A DNA stretch of 64,000 nt, taken from the NCBI RefSeq assembly GCF_964204645.1, contig NC_134033.1, positions 186,001 through 250,000 on the forward strand, given 5' to 3'. A program made the position numbers and the translations under genes. Source of the stretch: Tubulanus polymorphus (lineage: Eukaryota > Animalia > Nemertea). Under the pieces are notes generated by a model. It worked only from the letters and a program-made list of their open reading frames with translations, had not been told where the DNA came from and made no database searches. Shown here piece by piece: positions 13,301 through 24,600 of the stretch. Within the stretch, counting starts at the first letter, position 1. Every line of letters starts with the position of its first letter.

Positions 13301-14343
13301 TGTGGAACTGCCTGGACAAGGGGAACTGGTTCTAAGGGTTTTCAAAGTATTCAATTTTCAATGTATTTATTTTTTCTTTGTACAATAAATTGTGAATTGA
13401 TCGTCAAATAGTTGTAAAGCTGAGACTAGTTAAAACATTCACTCAGGGCTTTAAGGTTAGCTGGCTAGGGTAAGGATTAGGGTTACTGTAAGGATTAGAG
13501 TAAGGATTAGGGTTACTGTAAGGATTAGAGTAAGGATTAGGGTAAGGATTAGGAGTAGATTTACCTCATTTCTTGCAAGTCCATTTTCCAACCAGGACAA
13601 TAATTCAACAACATGTTGCTGAACGACATCAACCGCAGTTTCATCTCTGAAAATACAACAATCATCAGCATCCATCTATCGATAACATCAAACCTGACGT
13701 TTAAATACTTACTTCAGTTTCACCGCGGCAACTCGTAACAATGCCGGGTCGAATATATGTGACAACTGTTCCGTCAGCGGACCACTATCGCCATCTATTA
13801 ATACACAGAATATACTTCATTTACAATTCAAGTAATGCAGGTTTGTTTGGATAATAAAGGGTTAATCTACCTGTATTACTGCTGTCTGTTGAATCTGCTG
13901 CATTCTCATTCTATCAAAATAAACATTAAATAAACCGAGATTAAATGAGGCTGGTTTTAAACCGGTTTAAAACAGAGATTAACAATCAATCGCTGAGGCT
14001 GGTCTTAATCTCAAACCCGAGTAACCACAGTTTAGTGTCACCAGGAATAACCAATTAGTTAATCAAAGCTTTAACCTAGTTTTAGTTTTGCATCGACCTG
14101 TTAACAGACAATTTAAGCTGAATTTGAGCCGACCGAGCTGAGACCGCGACAGGGTTAAAGTTAAAACCAGGCTCGGATCGGATATATTTAAATGACGGTT
14201 CTCACCAGATCCGGGACAATATCAACTGAAAGTGGCATCATCAACGAATCCCTCTCCCGCAGCTGCTGCTGCTGCTGACCGGTTACCGCGTGATTCACTT
14301 CATCCTCATCATCACCGCTCAATCGATATCCAGCGTTACCCAT
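1..14343 (-). CDS. ZZEF1: ZZEF1-like (zinc finger ZZ-type and EF-hand domain-containing protein 1), multi-exon, 5' part only; continues beyond the left edge
   Basis: ATG at 14343 gives MGNAG (the ZZEF1-type MGNA start). Phase-consistent GT-AG exons 14343-14206, 13910-13871, 13794-13713 (IFDPALLRVAAVKL), 13646-13565 (VVELLSWLE), 10612-10393 (EF-hand FQKFDVEGNGTAD), then a DOC/APC10 domain (NLFDENTSTYWQSDGSARSHWIRLWMK...DKSYMP...GCDTRIRAIK), and later exons including ESEHNY..FDPQCEL..DDYLEF..EWGYKF. This order matches ZZEF1. ZZ fingers not seen in the window. Confidence 0.88.
1968..2292. repeat. Intronic minisatellite, ~48-bp unit (ggctcctcacagagggcgctgctacctagcctgctagctgaggagaca)
   Basis: About 6-7 imperfect copies inside a ZZEF1 intron. 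Confidence 0.85.
3477..4420. repeat. Intronic minisatellite built on actgtggaactg (42-bp unit with 20-bp inserts)
   Basis: Visible tandem periodicity; the source of several spurious ORFs. Confidence 0.9.
5170..5542 (-). repeat. Coding 30-bp tandem repeat (~12 x SLASExTTT-like decapeptides) within a ZZEF1 exon
   Basis: Exon ~5692-5137 stays in frame across the array (ORF 5125..5664) and ends at a GTAAG donor. Confidence 0.75.
5755..6318. repeat. Intronic 21-bp minisatellite (gagacctggtttaagtgtaac) starting at a splice donor
   Basis: About 26 copies abutting the GTGAGT donor at ~6322. Confidence 0.9.
6643..6836. repeat. Intronic 21-bp minisatellite (cccagcagctggagggagaca)
   Basis: About 9 copies between the donor at ~6843 and the exon 6597-6508 (ATLRELPESVSPYQISCCVLTFLCDIAQEQ). 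Confidence 0.85.
8941..9022. mobile_element. 82-bp MITE-like element with 27-bp perfect terminal inverted repeats
   Basis: ggatccagttccacagttgtgagttca (8941-8967) and tgaactcacaactgtggaactggatcc (8996-9022). Confidence 0.75.
9039..9843 (-). CDS. ZZEF1: ZZEF1 exons encoding the DOC/APC10-like domain
   Basis: Three exons giving LFDENTSTYWQSDGSARSHWIR / LWMKPNVVLKRLSLYVSPTDKSYMPNTITVAVG / VVQINIKRCQSDGCDTRIRAIKI, the DOC-domain signature; junction CG|G at 9663 joins in phase. Confidence 0.85.
9511..9696. repeat. 91-bp tandem duplication spanning a ZZEF1 exon 3' end and splice donor
   Basis: Two copies of gactgtaaaccccggggg...gctgatatttaccggatcc, offset by 91 bp. Confidence 0.9.
10393..10612 (-). 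CDS. ZZEF1: ZZEF1 exon encoding the EF-hand
   Basis: tttcAG acceptor at 10614-10613 and GTGAGT donor at 10392; EVVTLAQFSDFMMNRHVDRDECIAAFQKFDVEGNGTADISPMLEAV contains an EF-loop (DVEGNGTAD). Confidence 0.85.
10581..13220. repeat. 40-bp satellite, ~66 copies, each containing the EF-hand exon's splice acceptor and first 31 exon nt
   Basis: Unit caatcactgaactgagctaacgttacaacctcctgaaata; on the minus strand gtatttcAG|GAGGTTGTAACGTTAGCTCAGTTCAGTGATT. Confidence 0.95.
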
Positions 14344-15289
14344 CACAACAAACAGCGCCACCACAACAATACTATCTGTAACCATGGCAATAACAAACAA
14401 TTCTCACATTAATCAATTTCATTCCTAATTCTTGATTCAGTTTAAATCTTTAGCGTTAATTTCATGACACTGAACCCTCAGAGTGAGTTAGACTAATCAG
14501 TAATCTGTCCGTGGCTTCTATTTACCAAAATGGTTTGTGGAAATATTCGATGACTGACAGGGGATCAGTGGAGTTGGAGACACAATGACTAGAGTAAGGG
14601 AGGGGCCTGGAATTCATGATTCACTGATGTGAGCGTTTTAATAAATTATTTCATTGAGTGAAATAAACACACAAACTGCCGTCTCAGACCACGGCAGAGA
14701 TATCAACAGAGTTGAGGCCTCATTAAATTCACTGCCATCCTAAATCATTGATTTAAAGGTGCCCACATGGGCTACTTCTCTATAGAGCTGTCCAGAGGGG
14801 ATAAACTCAGCTGCCCAGCTGAAGAGGAGCTGTCATTTGCATCTCCATACAAACAACAACAGGCCAACAGCTAGGTCTGGTCAGGCTAGGAGGACTAGTG
14901 AGGCTCTCCAGAGTCTGGGATTACTGGGACTGCCACTGGTGGGCTAATTGAATTCTGTCCAACCACGAGACCTGTTAAAACCCGAAACCACCACATACGT
15001 TTCATTATTGTTGATAAACTTTCGCTTTTAAAACTCTTTTCGATTTCGATTTCAATTTCAACTCTTCGCCTTCTGGCCCAGTCCTACTACTAGCCTAAAG
15101 CAGCAAACTGTCTCTAACCCTAACCCATCTCTTCAACCCCTCCTCTCTGTGTCTCTCTTATTAAATATGGTTATTTACCTCGACAGTCGCAAACATTATA
15201 ATTTATTTCAGTCGCAATTCTGGTTAATCCACAACCCGGAAGTCTGACATTTCTGCGGGGATTCCCAAGCTCTTAGGGTTTGTTCGTGT

Positions 15290-15575
15290 CCGGCAGATCC
15301 GGGCTAGGGTTAATGGTTCGAGTCCCGACGAAACGCTAACCCTAGGGTTAGGGTTAGTTCGCAGCGCCAGATCCTGGTGAGCTGGAGTTGGCGGGTTCGA
15401 GTCCCGACGAAACGCTAACCCTAGGGTTAGGGTTAGTTCGCAGCGCCAGATCCTGGTGAGCTGGAGTTGGCGGGTTCGAGTCCCGACGAAACGCTAACCC
15501 TAGGGTTAGGGTTAGTTCGCAGCGCCAGATCCTGGTGAGCTAGAGTTGGCGGTTCGAGTCCCGACCAAACATTAA
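15290..15575. repeat. 79-bp tandem repeat (~3.5 copies) with a Pol III B-box and a telomere-like palindrome
   Basis: GTTCGAGTCC at 15316, 15395, 15474, 15552; CTAACCCTAGGGTTAGGGTTAG in each full unit. Confidence 0.85.
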
Positions 15576-15747
15576 CTTAGTGAGCACGGATTAGGATTAT
15601 GCCAGATCTAATCAGTGGACCGAACGGTGTCTCCTGTCGGCTACAACCCGCCGCTTATCTGCCATACAGTGCGAGCGAGTCTTATCATTACGGGTTGATG
15701 GTTTTCGCGTCGAGTTCAACCACCACAGATTTGTATTCGTTGATAAT

Positions 15748-17258
15748 CAGTTCAGTCTCAGTGGAGGAGGATCTACAGCTCAGACTCAGTGGAGGAGGAT
15801 CTACAGCTCAGTCTCAGTGGAGGAGGATCTACAGTTCAGTCTCAGTGGAGGAGGATCTACAGCTCAGTCTCAGTGGAGGAGGATCTACAGCTCAGTCTCA
15901 GTGGAGGAGGATCTACAGTTCAGTCTCAGTGGAGGAGGATCTGCAGCTCAGTCTCAGTGGAGGAGGATCTGCAGCTCAGACTCAGTGGAGGAGGATCTGC
16001 AGCTCAGTCTCAGTGGAGGAGGATCTACAGTTCAGTCTCAGTGGAGGAGGATCTACAGCTCAGTCTCAGTGGAGGAGGATCTGCAGCTCAGTCTCAGTGA
16101 AGGAGGATCTACAGCTCAGTCTCAGTGGAGGAGGATCTACAGTTCAGTCTCAGTGGAGGAGGATCTGCAGCTCAGTCTCAGTGGAGGAGGATCTACAGTT
16201 CAGTCTCAGTGGAGGAGGATCTACAGTTCAGTCTCAGTGGAGGAGGATCTACAGTTCAGTCTCAGTGGAGGAGGATCTACAGCTCAGTCTCAGTGGAGGA
16301 GGATCTACAGCTCAGTCTCAGTGAAGGAGGATCTACAGCTCAGTCTCAGTGGAGGAGGATCTACAGCTCAGTCTCAGTGAAGGAGGATCTACAGCTCAGT
16401 CTCAGTGGAGGAGGATCTACAGCTCAGTCTCAGTGAAGGAGGATCTACAGTTCAGTCTCAGTGAAGGAGGATCTACAGCTCAGACTCAGTGGAGGAGGAT
16501 CTACAGCTCAGTCTCAGTGAAGGAGGATCTACAGCTCAGTCTCAGTGGAGGAGGATCTACAGCTCAGTCTCAGTGAAGGAGGATCTACAGCTCAGTCTCA
16601 GTGGAGGAGGATCTACAGCTCAGTCTCAGTGAAGGAGGATCTACAGTTCAGTCTCAGTGGAGGAGGATCTACAGTTCAGTCTCAGTGGAGGAGGATCTAC
16701 AGCTCAGTCTCAGTGGAGGAGGATCTACAGCTCAGTCTCAGTGGAGGAGGATCTACAGCTCAGACTCAGTGAAGGAGGATCTACAGTTCAGTCTCAGTGG
16801 AGGAGGATCTACAGCTCAGACTCAGTGGACGGAGTCGAGGAGGCTCTCTGTAAACATCTCAATGAATGAAACCTCAGTGGACTGAGGATCTACAGTTCAG
16901 ACTCAGTGGAGGAGGATCTACAGTTCAGTCTCAGTGGATGAGGATCTGCAGCTCAGTCTCAGTGGACGGAGTCGAGGAGGCTCTCTGTAAACATCTCAAT
17001 GAATGAAACCTCAGTGGAGGAGGATCTACAGTTCAGTCTCAGTGGAGGAGGATCTACAGCTCAGTCTCAGTGGAGGAGGATCTACAGTTCAGACTCAGTG
17101 AAGGAGGATCTACAGCTCAGTCTCAGTGGAGGAGGATCTACAGCTCAGTCTCAGTGGACGGAGGATCTACAGTTCAGACTCAGTGAAGGAGGATCTACAG
17201 CTCAGTCTCAGTGGACGGAGTCGAGGAGGCTCTCTGTAAACATCTCAATGAATGAAAT
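15748..17258. repeat. 28-bp minisatellite (cagtctcagtggaggaggatctacagct) with three copies of a ~45-bp interruption at the 3' end
   Basis: Tandem periodicity; gacggagtcgaggaggctctctgtaaacatctcaatgaatgaaa at ~16828, ~16964 and ~17214. Confidence 0.9.
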
Positions 17259-17616
17259 CTGCAACATCTAAACCTGAAATTGAGTGTATTTGTTGCTGAG
17301 TAGACAAACTGCAACCTGGATGTCCCATTATACAATGTAGAATATAATATATCTTTATTGAAAATTCTATAAAACGTTTGCAATGCAAACTATAATTAAT
17401 CATTAGACTATACAACAGGTAAAATGCGCTGTAATATGTTTAAACAATTAGATCCATTTAAACCGTACATACAAAAATATCTGATTCCAGTATAAATTAT
17501 ATCAAAATTTCCTTTAAAAATTATTATGATAATTCTTATTGATATATCATCAAATTTGAGCTTTTTTATCACAGAATTACTTGATAACAATATGTACAAT
17601 GAGATTCTCTCATCAG

Positions 17617-17800
17617 AGAGTACATCAGGGGTAAGTACAGCAGAAAGTACATCAGTGGTAAGTACAGCAGAAAGTACATCAGTGGTAAGTACAGCAGAAA
17701 GTACATCAGGGGTAAGTACAGCAGAGAGTACATCAGTGGTAAGTACAGCAGAAAGTACATCAGTGGTAAGTACAGCAGAAAGTACAGCAGAGGGTACACA
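17617..17800. repeat. 27-bp minisatellite (agtacatcagtggtaagtacagcagaa)
   Basis: About 6 copies. Confidence 0.85.
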
Positions 17801-18156
17801 AGAAAATTAATCATAAACAGATTATTTGATGGTTTTAGGTTATCCGGCAATAGACTATGTGAAGCGTGTGAACTCGATTATATACGTATAACTTTATGAT
17901 TAAGCAGCGTAAATAATCGTGAAATAATAAATCAAGTAAATCAACTTGATGTTGATTTTGTGCTCCGTATTATAACTGCTAATTTCATATACCACCTGAT
18001 GATATTATGCTCGCAATTAAAAATATTTCATCCTTCCTTAAAATACTGTTACAAAGTGCTAGAAATGTTACAAAATACACGCGATATCAGTTGATAACTG
18101 ATTCGAGGCTTCAAACGTTTGAAATAAAACACGTGTTTGATTCTAATCTCAACGGG

Positions 18157-18483
18157 AACTGGATCCGGGAAGTGTAGATTAACTGGATCCAGGAAGTGTA
18201 GATTAACTGGATCCAGGAAGTGTAGATTAACTGGATCCGGGAAGTGTAGATTAACTGGATCCAGGAAGTGTAGATTAACTGGATCCAGGAAGTGTAGATT
18301 AACTGGATCCAGGAAGTGTAGATCAACTGGATCCGGGAAGTGTAGATTAACTGGATCCTGGAAGTGTAGATTAACTGGATCCAGGAAGTGTAGATTAACT
18401 GGATCCAGGAAGTGTAGATCAACTGGATCCGGGAAGTGTAGATTAACTGGATCCAGGAAGTGTAGATTAACTGTATCCGGGAA
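18157..18483. repeat. 24-bp minisatellite (aactggatccaggaagtgtagatt), just downstream of the receptor A stop codon
   Basis: About 13 copies. Confidence 0.9.
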
Positions 18484-18642
18484 TGGCTGTGTTCTGCTCA
18501 TGCGCAAGCGATACTTATGAGAACTGAAAGGATAGTGATCGAGGTCGAGGAAGGACTCGAGATGTAACCCCCCCCTCCCCTCCCCTCCCCACCCCCCTCC
18601 CCTATATCCTTAGACTGAACACGGCGGATGAGACACAAATAA

Positions 18643-21600
18643 TCAATGAACTCTTTTTTTCTGCTTCTCGAGTTCTTCTTGTATTCTGCGTCGTTCGGCT
18701 TCTTCTGCCTCCAATCTAGCGATCAGTTCGGCTTGTATTCGCGGTTCAACGACGCGATCGAGTTCCGTGTACGTAGAGAAATCATCGATATCACCGATCA
18801 GTACGCTAGGGGGCGCTTGATGGTGGATGTTATTCACGATGTGTAGATAGGTCGGTTCCTTTGTCTGAAAAAAAAATCATTCCATTTTTCCAACCATTTA
18901 ATTATTTTTCTGATGAAAACGTGCTTAGAAGTAACTTCTAGTTCGCTTGTCACTAGTGGAATCCTCGATTGCCACAGTTGGCAGCTCTCTATTCGAACAC
19001 GATTATTCGGTTTATTAACGGTTAAAACGAGTATATTGACCTCATCTGGATGAAATTCCGGATTATCGACTCCACAGATTCCGTTCCTAACTATATCTTC
19101 ATCTTCATCGTCATCGTTATTTACATCTTGATAAGGATTCTCCTCCTCACCAACTGTTTGATACGGGTTCTCATCTGAAATTATACAACATTTTCTGAAT
19201 TCAACGTGGAATCTATGATGGAACGCTTGCTTGAATTCGCTTAATCTAATCTGGCAATTTGAAAGTTTCGTCAGATCTATAAACTCTTCTATACAATGGG
19301 AACATCGTCGAACTGATTGGATCTTTATTTCATGTGATGGGTTAGACAGGGATTAGCAACTCATAGTTTATTTAGCGGATCCGGGAACGGAGGGAGGAGT
19401 CTCTACTGTAGGAACTACAGCAAAATACTGAGAAAACGAATGAAGGATTTTATCATTTATGTAAAACTCGATGAAGGACTAAGGCATAACAAATAAATGA
19501 AGCACAAGTGCCGACATCAGTTATGGCTTCAGTCACGTGACCGCCGGGAATATTTGAGGAACACATTTTCAATTCCAATTTCAGAACCGGTATTTTAGAT
19601 TAACCGGTATCAGATATTGCACACAGAATAATTTGCGAGATTTCCTCTTTAAATTCGCTATACAGTGTGTTACTCACCCATTCTCTATACAGTGTGTTAC
19701 TCACCCATTCGCTATACAGTGTGTTACTCACCCATTCGCTATACAGTGTGTTACTCACCCATTCTCTATACAGTGTGTTACTCACCCATTCGCTATACAG
19801 TGTGTTACTCACCCATTCTCTATACAGTGTGTTACTCACCCATTCGCTATACAGTGTGTTACTCACCCATTCGCTATACAGTGTGTTACTCACCCATTCG
19901 CTATACAGTGTGTTACTCACCCATTCTCTATACAGTGTGTTACTCACCCATTCGCTATACAGTGTGTTACTCACCCATTCGCTATACAGTGTGTTACTCA
20001 CCCATTCGCTATACAGTGTGTTACTCACCCATTCTCTATACAGTGTGTTACTCACCCATTCGCTATACAGTGTGTTACTCACCCATTCTCTATACAGTGT
20101 GTTACTCACCCATTCTCTATACAGTGTGTTACTCACCCATTCGCTATACAGTGTGTTACTCACCCATTCTCTATACAGTGTGTTACTCACCCATTCGCTA
20201 TACAGTGTGTTACTCACCCATTCTCTATACAGTGTGTTACTCACCCATTCGCTATACAGTGTGTTACTCACCCATTCTCTATACAGTGTGTTACTCACCC
20301 ATTCTCTATACAGTGTGTTACTCACCCATTCTCTATACAGTGTGTTACTCACCCATTCTCTATACAGTGTGTTACTCACCCATTCGCTATACAGTGTGTT
20401 ACTCACCCATTCTCTATACAGTGTGTTACTCACCCATTCGCTATACAGTGTGTTACTCACCCATTCTCTATACAGTGTGTTACTCACCCATTCTCTATAC
20501 AGTGTGTTACTCACCCATTCTCTATACAGTGTGTTACTCACCCATTCTCTATACAGTGTGTTACTCACCCATTCGCTATACAGTGTGTTACTCACCCATT
20601 CTCTATACAGTGTGTTACTCACCCATTCTCTATACAGTGTGTTACTCACCCATTCGCTATACAGTGTGTTACTCACCCATTCGCTATACAGTGTGTTACT
20701 CACCCATTCGCTATACAGTGTGTTACTCACCCATTCGCTATACAGTGTGTTACTCACCCATTCTCTTTACAGTGTGTTACTCACCCATTCGCTATACAGT
20801 GTGTTACTCACCCATTCTCTATACAGTGTGTTACTCACCCATTCGCTATACAGTGTGTTACTCACCCATTCGCTATACAGTGTGTTACTCACCCATTCGC
20901 TATACAGTGTGTTACTCACCCATTCTCTATACAGTGTGTTACTCACCCATTCGCTATACAGTGTGTTACTCACCCATTCGCTATACAGTGTGTTACTCAC
21001 CCATTCGCTATACAGTGTGTTACTCACCCATTCTCTATACAGTGTGTTACTCACCCATTCTCTATACAGTGTGTTACTCACCCATTCGCTATACAGTGTG
21101 TTACTCACCCATTCTCTATACAGTGTGTTACTCACCCATTCGCTATACAGTGTGTTACTCACCCATTCTCTATACAGTGTGTTACTCACCCATTCGCTAT
21201 ACAGTGTGTTACTCACCCATTCGCTATACAGTGTGTTACTCACCCATTCGCTATACAGTGTGTTACTCACCCATTCGCTATACAGTGTGTTACTCACCCA
21301 TTCGCTATACAGTGTGTTACTCACCCATTCTCTATACAGTGTGTTACTCACTCATTCTCTATACAGTGTGTTACTCACTCATTCTCTATACAGTGTGTTA
21401 CTCACCCATTCTCTATACAGTGTGTTACTCACCCATTCTCTATACAGTGTGTTACTCACCCATTCTCTACACAGTGTGTTACTCACCCATTTCGTAGTTC
21501 ATATTCTTCTCTGCTTTTTTCGTCTTTTTGCCTTTTTTGTTTTTATCTACTTGAGCCGCACTATCTACAGACCCTGAAAATACGGCGAATTTCACGTGTC

Positions 21601-24600
21601 ACATTCATACTTTGAGTATTTTGTTTCATGAGGCCAAGTTGAAAGATGCTTCCATAAAATGGATTGAAAACAAGGATATTTTAAAACCAGTTTTTCTTTC
21701 AAATATTAAGTTTCTGAAAACATTTTTAAAATCCCTTTGAATAATTTTTATTTCATGGATTTTTTTTACCTTTCGTTTTCTTCTTTTTGCTTTTATCGAC
21801 GGTAGAGTAAATTGGACCCGTGGCGCCACCTGCACCATTTACAACTGAAATAAACAAACGGTTTGATGACATCGTGAATAATTCCTTTTCAGGAATTGAT
21901 ATTTGAAAGATAGGATAGATAGTCCCTTCCTTATCTAACAAGTAATTTATTATTAAATAAACGAATCATGCTGTTATTCAGTTATTCTAAGCATTTCTTT
22001 GAAATCAATCTATAACTTATAGATAAATCTGCATTGCTTACCTTGATTCCGGGATTTTTTCTTGTTTTTGTCGACCAGGGCGTAGAGTGGCTCTCCTGAA
22101 AATTAATTTATAAATCTATACCGATTGCCTATTTTCAGAGTCTCTGGTTAATCATCGACAATTATGATTGGATTTTTTACATTGAGCCATTAAAAGTTTT
22201 ATCGCTACATTCTCAAAAATTGCCGAGCATCGCCGAACACCTGAACAAAAATATGTGCGAACATGATTTCAATTCGCCGAACGAGACTCGGTAGTTTTCG
22301 GAGGTATCCGGTGATGATCGGTCAGTTAAAAAATCGATAAATAAAGGGCTCCGTTAAATAAAGATGTATAAAAGCCTCACCGGTTTTCTTGACTTCAGAA
22401 ACTGTGAATATAGAAATAAATCTGTTTAAGTTTTTACTGTATTTGTTCATATTCACTTAAAATCACAATATCAATAAAATAATAATAGAACAGTTTAAAC
22501 TATAATGAGTTTAAAAGATCATTCAGAAATAATTCCGCCCTTCATCTGAGTCTAACAATGGAGACTAAAGAAGGATAGTAGTAACCACCCGAAACATTTC
22601 TAATAAAATATTTTGTAATACAAAATGAATTTGTTTTAATAATTAAATGAATTTTCAATGAAATAAGAAAAATGAAAAGCTTTTCTTACCAAGATCGTCA
22701 ATGTTCGAATACGGATCTGAAAAATAACGAAAATACGTTTTATCAACCTTACATTGATAAGAATATTCACAAGTCGTACTCATGAATTGAAAACACTGCG
22801 CGCTGAAGATGTGGATAATTTCTCTCACTTTATAATCAAAAACTGATTCTCAAGACATCATTACACGATACATCGACTGGAGACGGGTGGCTCCGGGATG
22901 CGGATGAATGACCTAATACACTGAGGTTTGATACCGTTATAATATATATTACCAAATTCATTTAAAGCGACGTCCGCAGCAGCAGCAGCAGCAGCAGCAG
23001 CAGCTGTCGGTCTGGTTACAGGTTTTTTGTTCACTGTTGCGTACTCATCACCTAACACAGAAATTAAAAATCAAATATGAATCATTTGAAATCAGACAAG
23101 TTTGAAATTTTATATCTTGTTACAGATAAGTTTGAAAGGCAAGTTTCACCTTTAGGTCCGACTATGTGATTAATATCGATATCGATTTGAGCAGAGGGTG
23201 AACTGTGAAAACAAACCGGAAAAAATACATTTTGTGTTAGAATATGTATTGACATTAGATTACAGTGAACGAATTGAAGAAATATGAACCTTTTCGAGCG
23301 ATATTTGGTCCAGATCCACTGACCGTCTCGACGCCTTTTCACAAATAGCAACACGATGACGATGACGATGATCGCGATCAATGAAATACCGACAATAACA
23401 CCTCCGATCAGTCCGCTGTTGATAGTAGTAGCAAGAACTAGAGAGGATAGAAAAAACAGCGCTGTCACAAATACAAACATCCGATCTGCCTGAATTACAC
23501 CTGACACATCGTAACTGATCTAACACTATAAACATCAGGCATCAATATGAATTCTATTTATTTTTTTATATGCATAATACCCAACACCCCAACTGGATTA
23601 TTTAACCTCACGAAGTGTAGCCCGCACAATGTAAGCAGCCAGCAGGACTCGAACCCACTTGTGTCGCTGATAGTCGACCCAACAGCATCACACTTTTTCT
23701 CACTGTGAGCTACTGAGGCTGCTTCGCTTTATTTGAGGGATAGTTCCAATAAGATGTAACCCGGGAGATTGATGTGGTTGAAGAGATTGAAGAATGTAGC
23801 CGGGTAGTTTTAGCTGGATCGCTAGGGTAAGGGTTAGATGGTTATCCCAGTAACCGGGCGCCGCATATTTGAAAATAAAATTGATTTGTATTTGTAACGT
23901 CGACTGTAAAATGGCGCTAACTCTAACCCTAAACATTTGTTGGTTTATTTGCTACTAAAACCGGCGCTAATATAGGATCAAGTAAACGAAGGATTCGACA
24001 GCCGAATCTGATAATCGATTTTCATTACTTCTTGTTAATTAATTCTAATGATTTATAAGGTGTTCTGTATTAAAAGTCACCGAATATCACAGATATACAT
24101 TTAACAAACCTGTATCTTCTTCTAGTTGAAGCTCGTGACTGACAATGACGTCATCACTCTCAGTAACAATCAGTTTGTAACTATAGTTACGGTCTGGATG
24201 AATATTAATATTTATAATAATCAAACCATCAGTGATTTCTATCAGTTTTGTAGAATTACATTGATTTGTATTTGTGATACAGTATTTCACGTAGACGCTG
24301 TATTTATTTGAAGGAAATGATGATAATTTTATCACGACCAGATTCCCATCTCGATTTATTGTAGCTTGTTTCAATATGGTGTTTATAGCGCTTGGAATAG
24401 CTGGAAAAATGAAAACAATAAAATTAGATTTCGATATTAATTCTTTACGTAACTTCAGTTAAATATACCGTGTTTAACAATAGGCCTAATCGATATATGT
24501 GATATAAAACTTGATGCGAGTTTGAAATCTTACCATTAGTTTTAGTAGTAACTATATCAGTAAATGAACTCGAATTATCAGCAGGATTTAAATTGATACT

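Noticed and set aside
15316-15570. Hammerhead ribozyme in the 79-bp repeat (CTGGTGA...CGAAAC)
   Set aside because: The core has G instead of the invariant A6, and stems I and II do not pair.
10581-17258. CRISPR-like regular repeats
   Set aside because: Head-to-tail units without unique spacers, no cas genes, and a spliceosomal eukaryotic context.
19600-21615. Long ORFs of 385-660 aa
   Set aside because: Read-throughs of the 27-bp intronic satellite, open in several frames on both strands.
22535-22600. Penelope-type hammerhead (ctaaagaagg...ccgaaac)
   Set aside because: The core is degenerate (CUAA instead of CUGA) with no convincing stem III; at most a decayed remnant.
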